Below, in pieces: positions 26,802 to 37,462 of a DNA stretch of 64,000 bases (position 1 is the first letter of the stretch; each line of letters starts with the position of its first letter). A program made the translations under genes and the position numbers. The stretch comes from Amphiscolops sp. MND2022 (lineage: Eukaryota): assembly GCA_964187785.1 (NCBI GenBank), contig OZ076421.1:35898001-35962000 (forward strand). The letters run 5' to 3'. The notes beneath the pieces were generated by a model. The model was given only the letters and a program-made list of their open reading frames with translations, did no database searches and was not told the origin of the DNA.

Positions 26802-29342
26802 ATGAAAGCCAAAAAGAAAGAAAGGCAAGTGATGCAGCACCCTCGAATGACAAATGTGTTTGAAGGAAGAAACACAAAGCAGAGCCAACAACTGATGGAA
26901 ATCAGACCAAAAGAGTTGGAAAATGCGTCAGATTGGTACGCGTGGTGCCTCTATTGGGATATTGTACCCCTACATGTGAAAAAGCTCCATACATTGGTAA
27001 AAGACTTGGATGACAAGCTCGATGAGGAAGGAGCTGTTGTATCCAAAAGCAAATTGATTGATCGGGTAATTGAATACCGCGAGAGAAGACAGGCGTTGCT
27101 GTTCTGTGTAGACTTTATGTTGAGTCTTACAAATGAAGAAACGCAAAGACAGCTCAGTCGAAGTGTGACTGAATGGGACGAATGCTTTGCGAAACTGGAA
27201 TCGAGTTGGGGATATTGGTTCCCCGATGTGCAGCAAATGTTGAAGTGTCCAATTGATGGGACAAAAGAGTTGAAACTGAGTCAGATGACAAATGGAACAT
27301 CTGCAGACGCAGCTATGAGATGCCCTCGCACAAGAAAGTTGAGGCAAAGACGTGTCCATCAGGCAAAACCTAATTGTGTAAAGAAAACAGCTAGTAAAAA
27401 GGAATCACTGAAACGGTCAAGAAGGACCAAGGACCAAGAAAGCTGCTGTGGTATGAGAGACAGCATATCTGAAGTGGAAAACTCAATCAACGATGTGACA
27501 TCACTACTCGAAGAAAACAGTAAGGTGTCTGACGTAACAATCCTGATGGACAACAGACCAACAGTTAGCACGAAGTGGTCTAATGGAGATCGACTGTTTC
27601 CTCTAGCATTAGAGAAAGCGGAAGATCAGAAATCGGATGAAGTCCAAGGCCAAAGAAGCGAGACTGGACAATTGGAAATAGAGGAACTGGGCAAACATCC
27701 AAAACTGGTTGAAACCAGAAGCAACAGAAGCTCAGTGATTTCGAAAACTTCAATTGCTAGACGAGTTCTTTATTTGAAAGTAAAAGCTCAGAAAGAGCAA
27801 GAAGAACTGCAAACCCGACTCGAGAAACTGAAGCCTGAAGCAATACAAATGGAAATAGCTGACTTGCATGAACAGCTTGCCCGCAAAGCCAGAGAAGCTG
27901 AAAAGGAAAGAGAAATAGCGGAAGTGTGGAGCAGTCAGGGGACTAGCTTCCCAAGTGTCTCATCAACCGACAGTTTCACGGAAGACTCAAGATGCATGGC
28001 TGAGACAGAAACAGTCGAAGACGGAGCTAAGTCCAATATTGCACTATCATTTCATTTGAAATCAGAGAATGCAGTGAAATTAGTTCACGAAGGAAAGTTC
28101 TCCGCGCTTAGGAGAGACTCAAAACCTCCAACAGAAGCCGATGAGCAAGCTGATAACGAAACGTGCAGAAAAGAAGCAATATCACAACCAGACGTGAAAC
28201 TTGCAAACCAAGGAACCTCGCAGCTCATCACAACGGAATGTATACAGAAATTGTCAGAAACATTCATTGTAGACAACGGTCGGCAAGACGTCCGTTCAGA
28301 AACCCTCCTCGTGGATACCAAACAGGTTTTGGAAGAAGATATTCACTTGGGCATGAATGAGCATTCGATAAGTCAAACAAAGGAGAACTTGAATCACACA
28401 ATGGCAGAAACAAGGAAGGAGCATAGATTCTTATCATTCGCATCAAGCAAACAATCTTCGGAAGAATTGAATGTGAAATTGGAGCTGCTGCAAGAGAGTG
28501 CAGAAAATACCGCCGTACAACTGGACATACAACAAGGGAAAATATTTGAAGTGACGATGTTTCATGACAGTACTCTACTTCTTGAAGAAGGAAACAAAAG
28601 TTTTGAATTCGACAAAAGGTATGGATTTGTGCATGAGCAACAATTTGCACTGCTTGATGATTGTAATGAAGAAGCAATGTATCGAAAGCTATGCCATGTT
28701 GCAGCAAAACATGACGAACCCGTTGAATGCAATGCCAAAGGTGAAACACGTACCATGATTGCAACCTTTGGAAAGAAATTTGATTTTGACTTCAAAGTAA
28801 GCCTTGTAGAAGAAACTATCCCGAGTAATAACAATGAGTGGAACCCTCGGATTGGTAATGGAAACTCTGGGATGGACGCGGTGGCACAGGCTAACGGCAT
28901 GGATAAAACTCAGTTGAGCAAAGGCCACCGCAAGCGACCGAAGAAACAAGCTTGGAAGTTTGAACACACCTCAAACCTATTACATGGAATGGTTGAAAGT
29001 GTTCAATTGACAACTGGCATCCTATATGCAAAGATTATGATGGATGAATTCGCAGATGAAATATCGCTAATGGAAACGCAATTTGGTTCTTCAAAAGCAC
29101 AAACAACAACAAGTTCGGAAAATGGGCCTTTCATAGGGCCGGCTGTATCATGGGAAGAAATGATGATGCAACTTGAATTATTTGGAAAATGGATTAAAGA
29201 AGAAGTTAGACAACTGGAAGTCAATGATTTGGTTTGGATAGTAGATGACAATGTGAAAAGAGCACACTACAAGACCAGCAGAGTGTTGGAAGTCTATCAT
29301 GGAAGCGATGGGCGAGTGAGATCAGCACTGGTGAAAACGTAA
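26802..29342 (+). CDS. 846-aa ORF of element 2: gag-like coiled-coil N-part plus IN C-terminal (DUF5641-like) tail, no PR/RT/RH/IN core
   Basis: Open 2.5 kb. C-terminus LEVNDLVWIVDDNVKRAHYKTSRVLEVYHGSDGRVRSALVKT; SNRSSVISKTS...coiled coil resembles the BEL gag N-region. Confidence 0.75.
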   Translation: MKAKKKERQVMQHPRMTNVFEGRNTKQSQQLMEIRPKELENASDWYAWCLYWDIVPLHVKKLHTLVKDLDDKLDEEGAVVSKSKLIDRVIEYRERRQALLFCVDFMLSLTNEETQRQLSRSVTEWDECFAKLESSWGYWFPDVQQMLKCPIDGTKELKLSQMTNGTSADAAMRCPRTRKLRQRRVHQAKPNCVKKTASKKESLKRSRRTKDQESCCGMRDSISEVENSINDVTSLLEENSKVSDVTILMDNRPTVSTKWSNGDRLFPLALEKAEDQKSDEVQGQRSETGQLEIEELGKHPKLVETRSNRSSVISKTSIARRVLYLKVKAQKEQEELQTRLEKLKPEAIQMEIADLHEQLARKAREAEKEREIAEVWSSQGTSFPSVSSTDSFTEDSRCMAETETVEDGAKSNIALSFHLKSENAVKLVHEGKFSALRRDSKPPTEADEQADNETCRKEAISQPDVKLANQGTSQLITTECIQKLSETFIVDNGRQDVRSETLLVDTKQVLEEDIHLGMNEHSISQTKENLNHTMAETRKEHRFLSFASSKQSSEELNVKLELLQESAENTAVQLDIQQGKIFEVTMFHDSTLLLEEGNKSFEFDKRYGFVHEQQFALLDDCNEEAMYRKLCHVAAKHDEPVECNAKGETRTMIATFGKKFDFDFKVSLVEETIPSNNNEWNPRIGNGNSGMDAVAQANGMDKTQLSKGHRKRPKKQAWKFEHTSNLLHGMVESVQLTTGILYAKIMMDEFADEISLMETQFGSSKAQTTTSSENGPFIGPAVSWEEMMMQLELFGKWIKEEVRQLEVNDLVWIVDDNVKRAHYKTSRVLEVYHGSDGRVRSALVKT

Positions 29343-29425
29343 GATGGAAAACTCAAAAGACCAGTAGTGAAACTGGCACCCATGTTCTACGAAAGTGTTT
29401 TTCGGGAGAAAAACAGGGCCGGCAA

Positions 29426-30345
29426 TGTTGGCGCCAGTCATCAGCAGGCAAAGAAAGTCGATTTGGAACATGCTGGTTGAGAAACAAGACTTAAACTCTT
29501 AAAAACTTAGATGAAAATTTGAAGAAAATCCAATCATCACAATTCTTTAAAACCCCCCCAAATGGGTTTTCTCCAAGACTGTTAACCCTAGAGCCACGAA
29601 ACTTGGCACACGCATGCAGGTACATAACCCAAACACACTGGCCAAGTTTCAAGGTCATCCACCCATTATAACCCTCTTTACCCCTCACATGTGTAGTGTT
29701 CAAGGTCATTGAACCAAAAATGAAAACTTTGTTATTTAACCATATGACCCACATTAGAATGTAACTCTGTTGAAATTCATGATATTTACATTGTGTAAAC
29801 ATGCTTTAAAGCCCGCCTAGTCAACATGCCAAAACCACCATGTGCTTTGTTTACATAGCCAATAACTTTAATAATTCACTTAAATGTCATTTATTTATAC
29901 AACATATTTCAACTGATATTTGCTCTATATTTACTGTAGAATTGTAAACCACATTTATACCATTATTAGATAGAGATTTTCTCCACTGAATAGCTATAGT
30001 CAAGTTGTGTCTCAGGACCGCAAGACTTAAAAATCAACTTCTCAATCTTCACAACTTTTCGCTAGAGTTAGAGCGACTAAGTAGCTACTCTCATAGTTGG
30101 AGAGCCGGAGCGCGTGAAGATACAGTGAGGGAAGTGTGTGCAGGATCACATCGGATCCAATTCAGTGAACAGAGGAATCGCAGGAGATTCCACGGGTCAC
30201 ATCGGACCCACCAGTCAAAAGATACAGTCCTTTAAAACAAGAAACCAGGAATTGTTTAGTGACGGTCCACAGCACTAAGCAACGGATCAGGGCGGCGTAA
30301 AGCTTGTCAAGCCTCAGCGCAGGATAAAGGCAAGCAGCCGTTACA
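29426..30345 (+). repeat. 3' LTR of element 2
   Basis: 920 bp, ~99% identical to the 5' LTR. Confidence 0.96.
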
Positions 30346-30656
30346 CAAGGTTTTCTCTACTTGTTTTTTGCTTATACATTTACGTGTACTCAGGGCACAA
30401 TATAACAAATCTCGTTCTTTTTTTCAGTTTTCGAACAAAAACGGAACAGAAAGCAAGATCCAAATATATACAATATTCACAAATTTTTCGCGGCGGAAAA
30501 GTGTGTTTTCCAGGGTTACCCGGTTAGGAGGAAGCGCTTTATTCTCTTCGAAAATTACCGCTGATTAGTTGTTTTTTCTCTTTTCGCTGCCACTAAAACG
30601 TTACAATGATCACTGCCATACATGCATGCGGTTTTAATGTCTTAGACACACATCAC

Positions 30657-31677
30657 AGTGCACAGGCAAGCTTTTCGCTGCTTTTCGTGGAATCCGGGAC
30701 ACGAAAATTGAGAAAAGTCGTGGAATCCAGGACAAAATTTCTCTTTGATGTTAAGCGTTTCTTGGATTCCACGACAGTGCCTGTCCTGGATTCCACGCCA
30801 ATACTGCTGCTATAATGACACTTTTGCCGCTGCTCTCTGATTGGTCCGCTCATTTTGAATAATCATTTTATATTAATTCAATCTTATATCAAAGGAAATT
30901 GTTTTGATTGACACGAAAAATCCAAGAAGTACGAATAGAGATACTCGTGACTGGTACCAAAAATGAAGCATGTCTTCAAATAATGGCAGATTGTGATGAT
31001 CTGGCAGTTTGTTCAAAACTGCTACTAAACTTGAAAATACGAATATTTGTGTGATATAATATTCATTTTGCATGATCATTATTAGAAAGGCAGAAGAACT
31101 TGAATTAAATCAATCTTATATCAAAGGAAATTGTTTTGATTGACACGAAAAATCCAAGAAGTACGAATAGAGATACTCGTGACTGGTACCAAAATTGAAG
31201 CATGTCATCAAAAAATGGCAGATTGTGATGATCTGGCAGTTTGTTCAAAACGGTACTAAACTTGAAAATACAAAAATTTTGTGTGATATTGGTGTGATTG
31301 TCTGAATCATTTTGAATTAATATACGAAAAGTAGTGCATAATATTATGTTTGCTCAGTCTACCACTTGAATTTAATTAAAGAAGAGATGCCGCGTATCGC
31401 GTCAAGCATAAAGTCGTGGAATCCAGGAAATTTATGATTTCTGCAATCTGATTGGTTCATTTCGCAAAACTTACGTTTTTGTGGAATCCGGGACACCGCT
31501 GCATGCCGACAGTTCGTACAGCTAAGCATTTGTTACTGGAATCCACGACTAAATCCGTGGAATCCGGGACAAATGACGTAATTTGCAAATTTTGCACGGT
31601 TAAAGCTATGGTTGTGGAATCCGAGATATTGAACGCACTATGTTGCGCTTTGAGCAAATAAGGCTTGCCTGTGCACT
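30657..31677. mobile_element. Non-autonomous TIR DNA element with subterminal GTGGAATCC(A/G)GGAC motifs
   Basis: Perfect 15-bp TIR AGTGCACAGGCAAGC / GCTTGCCTGTGCACT, motif clusters near both ends, internal 232-bp-period duplication (30878-31057 vs 31110-31289). No TSD recognised. Confidence 0.7.
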
Positions 31678-32667
31678 CTAATGCAAGTCCTGATATCGAG
31701 GTACATCGCTGTCGCTTTTCTCAGAAAAAAATACCATCTCAAAGACTAAAATATACCCAAGAAACCTAAAATAGTTCAATTTTTTCTCTCATTTAGCCAG
31801 GGTCCGACTGGATTGGCATTGTTATGCTGTTCGGGCCCTCTTCAAACGTGATTGCTACTGATTAGATGTATCAACTGTATTNNNNNNNNNNNNNNNNNNN
31901 NNNNNNNNNNNNNNNNNNNNNNNNNNNNNNNNNNNNNNNNNNNNNNNNNNNNNNNNNNNNNNNNNNNNNNNNNNNNNNNNNNNNNNNNNNNNNNNNNNNN
32001 NNNNNNNNNNNNNNNNNNTCTAGTTTTTCATCGCTTTATAGCTAAAAATAGATACTTTTCGTAGAAATACACTCGATTCTGTTAGCACAATTTGAGTTTT
32101 TAAAGTAACTTTGACTGATTGAACTCCGAGAAAAAAAATCAAAAACTCGAGAAAACGTCAATTTCACAAAGACAGTTGCAGCAAACTTCTTAGCCAACGA
32201 ATGTTCTTAGAAACGTTATTCGTGTGTTTAGATGCTTGTTTTTGATTAAATTTCTATAATTTTCATACTCCAGAATAAATGTGACCGAAGGTGGCTGAAA
32301 ATATTTCGAGTTTGTAATACAATCCCATGCATTAAGGCGTCTCGAAATTATCGTATGGGATAGGAATACAGTTGATACATCTAATCAGTAGCAATCACGT
32401 TTGAAGAGGGCCCGAACAGCATAACAATGCCAATCCAGTCGGACCCTGGCTAAATGAGAGAAAAAATTGAACTATTTTAGGTTTCTTGGGTATATTTTAG
32501 TCTTTGAGATGGTATTTTTTTTCTGAGAAAAGCGACAGCGATGTACCTCGATATCAGGACTTGCATTAGAGTGCACAGGCAAGCCTTATTTGCTCAAAGC
32601 GCAACATAGTGCGTTCAATATCTCGGATTCCACAACCATAGCTTTAACCGTGCAAAATTTGCAAATT
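31580..32667. repeat. Inverted duplication of at least 302 bp flanking an N-gap
   Basis: 31580-31881 is the reverse complement of 32365-32667. Confidence 0.93.
31882..32018. other. Assembly gap (137 N)
   Basis: N run. Confidence 1.
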
Positions 32668-33498
32668 TGCAAACTTGTATGACTCCATGCAAGGCATTGT
32701 ATGGAATCGCTCTCTGGCGTAGGATCCGGTGTTTTTATTTCATTGCGCTTTCGTATCTTGAATTTCTGAGAAACTATTGGCATTCAAACTAGAAACTTAG
32801 TGCAAGGAAAATGTTTTCTAAAAACCTTCATTGAGCCAACCTCTTTTGGCTGGCAGTCACATTTTTGGCCAACAGCCAATTGTCAAGAAAACATTCGCTC
32901 TGCAGTGTGCAAAAACATTTTGCCTCAAGTTCAAACAACTTAGTGGAAGGCACTGTTTTACGTGATAGTGTTTGTTTTTGTTTTTACGTGGTTTGTAGTT
33001 GAAATGCTGTTATAAAAAGCTCTGTCCAATTTTTCTCCAGGATTTTTTCGCAGTGATAATCAAGCGAAAATGTATGAGATCATATTTCGTCCTCTTTATC
33101 AGTCCTCTTTCCTTTTTCTTACAGCATTTTAGACAATGTTTTTTTTAGCTGGAATGTTATTTTAGAGAGAACAGGGCTTTCTCCAGCATCAAATTCAAAC
33201 TTTGCTATTTATAAGTGTTGCAATATAACTATTTGATTTACAATGAATCTAGGAGGCGTACACTGAAACAGAAATGATGTTGCTTTCGGAAATACATAAA
33301 GCAGAGTGGTAATGCGATAGGTTTTGTACCGTTGCTAGTACAGTAAACTTTCTTTGGAAAAGACCTAGTAACACTAGTAACTGGAATAGATGTTTTTGCA
33401 AGACTGACGGCGGTTGCCCGAACATTTGTAGCAGAATTGTTTTGTTCGGGTTAACAAATGTTCTTTCGATTTGTTCAAAACTTCGCCAACTGTTTATA

Positions 33499-33620
33499 CA
33501 ACAAGCCGGGACCGGCCCAAATCGCCGCCATATCTAAGGCTCAAAAATAGCAAAAGGACTTCAATATGTCAAAGTATTGGTGAGTTGGGGACCCTAAAGA
33601 AAAGCGCCGACTAAAAAATA
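33499..33620 (-). mobile_element. Internally deleted mini-copy of the Helentron/DINE-like family
   Basis: Both family ends within ~120 bp. Confidence 0.55.
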
Positions 33621-34082
33621 AACTACGAGGCGCAATTTTGAAAGAACAGCGCAGTTGGGCAACTATTTTGAAGTGTTTGAAATCATGGATGCAATGTAGC
33701 CTCTCTTAAACGATAGATTTGGAATGATGAAAAATTCTTTCCAACCACTGTCTCTGTAAATACGGGCTATTACTGTGCGAAACGTTTGCTTGTATGTTTG
33801 GTACGGTCATTTTCTCTGCCGTGTTTGCTATCACAAGATAAATCGGATCAATTTGTTAAAAATTGGCTGACTGTGCCATGTTATATTCTAAGGCTAAATT
33901 GAAGAAAAACCAGGTTTTCTAAAATAAGCGTCTCTTTTGATCAACTGTACAAATAGAAATCTATCGCGGCAAATCTTTTAGGTGAGTTTTTCCTCGTTGT
34001 ATGACAACATCTTGCTGGTATGCTGGACCGAAACTCGGTAGATGTCAGGGCGCATCAACCGTATAACATTCCCCCTTCTTTC

Positions 34083-34085
<3 letters not shown>

Positions 34086-34133
<48 letters not shown>
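34086..34133 (+). repeat. (CT)24 microsatellite
   Basis: Direct reading. Confidence 0.98.
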
Positions 34134-34135
<2 letters not shown>

Positions 34136-35010
34136 GGTTTTTCCTTTACTGGAATTTTGAGGGTCCATGTGGCGTCATGTCTCACGGTAGGAAGTCTGCT
34201 GGCTTCTTGACTATTTCCGGTCCGGTTGCTGCGTTCCCTTCGAACTGTTACAAACGGGAGCTCTCACTGACAGGATGATAAAAAAGCACAAAGGGTCCCC
34301 TCGTTTGCATTTTCCGAAACCATGAGAGTTTTTTCAAGTTTTTTTGATCCTTTGGAACTGATTGGTTTCTCTCGATGGGTTCCCCCTTCATTTTAATAAA
34401 TCTTGACGAGATCTTCTGTTGGCACTGTGAGACTATTGCCTGTCGAAAAAAAATCGAAAAATTTTATCTGAACAATTAGTAACTTGAGATTTTAAATTGG
34501 GGAACAGCGGTTTTGGAGTCTTATGCATTTGACTTGAGGTGTTTTTCGGCATTGGAAGTTTGATAAACTTTTCACAATGGTGTTCCTTTGCATAATAAAA
34601 AAGTTTTTTTTAATATTGAGCGCGGCGCCGGCTTGTTTGCCATGCTTTGGGCAGTTTCTGAAATGTTTTAAAGAGTTCGAAGGTTTTAAAAAACATTTTC
34701 ATGTTTTTATCATTATTGTATTTTTGTGCAGTTTTTGAACATTTTCAAGGCCTGGAAGATCCAGAGAGCCACGTCGACATGACGGGATATTCAACGTGCT
34801 TCTGAGAAAAAAAATTGTTGCTGCTTGTTCAAAAAAGCAACAATGCTCCCAGAATTATCGAAACAGTTTCATGCAACTTTCGTTCAGTTTTCGAATATAA
34901 TCCTGTTTGAGAAAACCACCAGGGTTCGAAACAAAACAATCATTGATTTAGGTGAGTTTTGTTGAAAGTCAGATTTCAGTTCAAAATTTCAATATACACA
35001 AGCTCATTTT

Positions 35011-35945
35011 TAGTCGGCGCCTTTTCCCTTAAGGAAAAAAGCCCGACTCTTACAGTGAGTAGTTTTTTTTCAGTTGACAATCGCACTCTGAGTGGTCCAC
35101 TTTTCTTACAATTTGTTCATCTTTCATATTTGTTCATCTTCGACCAAGCCGGAGAGCGTGGGTTCGATTCTCGCACTAAACCATAAATTTTTTAATGCTT
35201 CCAAAAGTACAGGTGAGACCAAAGGTTCCCCCCTTTGGGTATTTTTTCGGCACTATGCGACTTTTTTCGAAAATTTTCGAATTTTATCAAAGGGTATCCC
35301 CTTGTATTTTTTTGAAGTTTCCGGTTTGTAGAAAACGTTGAATGAGCCTAAATGACCTCTTTTTAAGTTTTTCGGCATTGTGAGATTTTTTACCAAATAC
35401 TTTTTTTGGAAAAAATATTTTTTTCCAAATATTTCCAATAGTTGTTCCTTGAATATTTTTGGGCCTAAGATATGGCGCCGACTTGAGACGTTCCCGTCTT
35501 GTTTTTTCTTCAAACTACAATCCTCACACTGATCGGTCCACTTTTTAGAAACAATCCTGAAACCACCTGAGCACCTGAGGCCAAGTCCGGCCAAGGGAGA
35601 CTTAGTGCAAAGGGTCCCCTCTTTCATTTTTTCACTTTTTCAAGGAACCCTACAAAACCGGACGTGCCTAAAGGGTCCCCCCCCCTTTGGACTTTTTTTC
35701 CGGCACTGTGCGACTTTTTTTCGAAAAATTTTTTAATGTCTCAAAAGGGTCCCCCCTTCGAGTTTTTTCATTTTTTGCAACTGGATGTATGTTAATAAAA
35801 CCCAACGGGTCCCTCCTTTTTACATTTTTCGGCACTGTGCGACATTTTCCGAAAGAAAAATTTTTTTCGAAAAGTTTTTTTCCAAAAAAGTTTTGCGCTT
35901 TTTGAGCCTCAGATATGGCGCCGACTTTAGACGTTCTCGTCTTGT
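35011..35945 (+). mobile_element. Two chained Helentron/DINE-like copies
   Basis: AGTCGGCGCC start; ends GGCGCCGACT...GACG-TTCC-CGTC-TTGTT (35503) and AGACG-TTCT-CGTCT-TGTT (~35945). Confidence 0.65.
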
Positions 35946-37378
35946 TATTAACATGTCGATGCCATTTAAGTCTAACTTCACTACATGTTGGTGGGCAATA
36001 CTACACGCAGGATTCAGAAGCTAGATGCTCACCGATGTACCATATTAGTTAGGACAAACCCGAGATTTGGGAAATGTATAGGCCTAAAATTGTCCTCAAG
36101 CAATGCAACAGTTTTTTTCGACATTTTTGTGAACCTTTCTGTGGACTATTCCGACCAATAAAACAACTATCCAGGACGTTTTCTGCAGACAAAGTTCAAA
36201 TTTTGCTGCAAAAATAAAAGAACCTCATAAAAAACACTTTGTCCAAATTTAAACATTTTAATCCAATTCCGCACACTTTCCCAATGTTTTGGTGTGTATG
36301 AATAATCAAACATTCAAAGACAGAAAAGTGGCTCCTTTATCATTTTGTTTTCATAATGGGAAAGCTGACATGTGCTGCCCATTTAGGAGCCAAAAATGTC
36401 CAAGTTCGACAACTTCAAACTTCTTCAGATTAAATTAGCATGCTTTTGTAGGTTCAAATATCCATGGACTATAGCACTGCCTTTTTAAAGACCAACGAAG
36501 TGACAGGTTTTTATATTTGTCTTCGGATTACAATGATATATGTGATTTTTTTTTTCGCCAAAGCATATTTAGGACACTGAGGTTTACACATCTACAATTA
36601 AAGCATGCATGCTAATTTTTAAAGAAAACATCGAAAATTCAGACACCTTTCATGACTGACTTTAATGACGTTCCTAATTTTGTATAAAAAGATTCCACAC
36701 GACCTGTCTACTTATCAAAAATTTTCATACCTTCAAGTTGGCGTCTAAACTAGTTTAAATTCAACACAACGAAAACTTCCTAGCAGAATTTGTCTGCCAT
36801 TGATAAAAAGGATACATTTCAGAATATAAATTACTCTTGCAAGGACAGGAACAAAATTTGAGCCCGTTCAGCTCAAATTGATGAATTCAGCTGTTGGGTT
36901 TGAAAAGGTACCTTCAAAAGGCGATGTTTCGCTGACTTGTAGTAGAAAACAAAGGGATGCGATCTTGCTGTTTCTGTTTTTTTTTTCAGAAAAGTAGACT
37001 TTCTGAGGTGAATTTAGCATAATTTTAAATATCTACGCTGACAAGGGAACCAGGTAGATTTTTTAAGAAAGAGAGAACTAATAAAATAGAAGTCAATAGA
37101 AGTTTTAGTTTCAGAGCATAGAGTTTTGGAGTTTTTACTATCAACATAGATCAAAAGATGAAACCAAAGCTAGGCTAAATCCATTAGAATCTTCAATAGG
37201 TTACAGAAAATTTTTCACTTGAAGCGAAAACCACCCTAGTTGAGACTGCCGGAACTTTTTACATGCTGCAGGCCTGCATGCAGGGTAATTTGTTATAAAA
37301 CCTAGAAAATTCAGAAAGGTTCCGGTGGTAAATCTTGTAGAATTACACTGCATTGCCATTTTGCCAATCCTAATGGAT

Positions 37379-37462
37379 CCAATTTGAAATAATGAAGTTA
37401 GGATTTGGTTAATGTTTCTGCAGAAACATTAACCAAATCATAACTTCATTATTTCAAATTGG
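37379..37462. repeat. Spacerless 84-bp palindrome
   Basis: 42-bp arms centred on CTG|CAG, one mismatch. Confidence 0.95.

Larger units (their letters stand above)
25205..30345 (+). mobile_element. Non-autonomous BEL/Pao-derived LTR element (element 2)
   Basis: LTRs 25205-26125 and 29426-30345 (TG...CA, ~8 substitutions and 1 indel), 5-bp TSD CAAGG (25200-25204, 30346-30350), PBS at 26128, purine-rich tract 29404-29425. Confidence 0.96.

Noticed and set aside
34135-34260. GC-richer segment after the (CT)n repeat as an exon
   Set aside because: No recognisable product or convincing splice pair on either strand.
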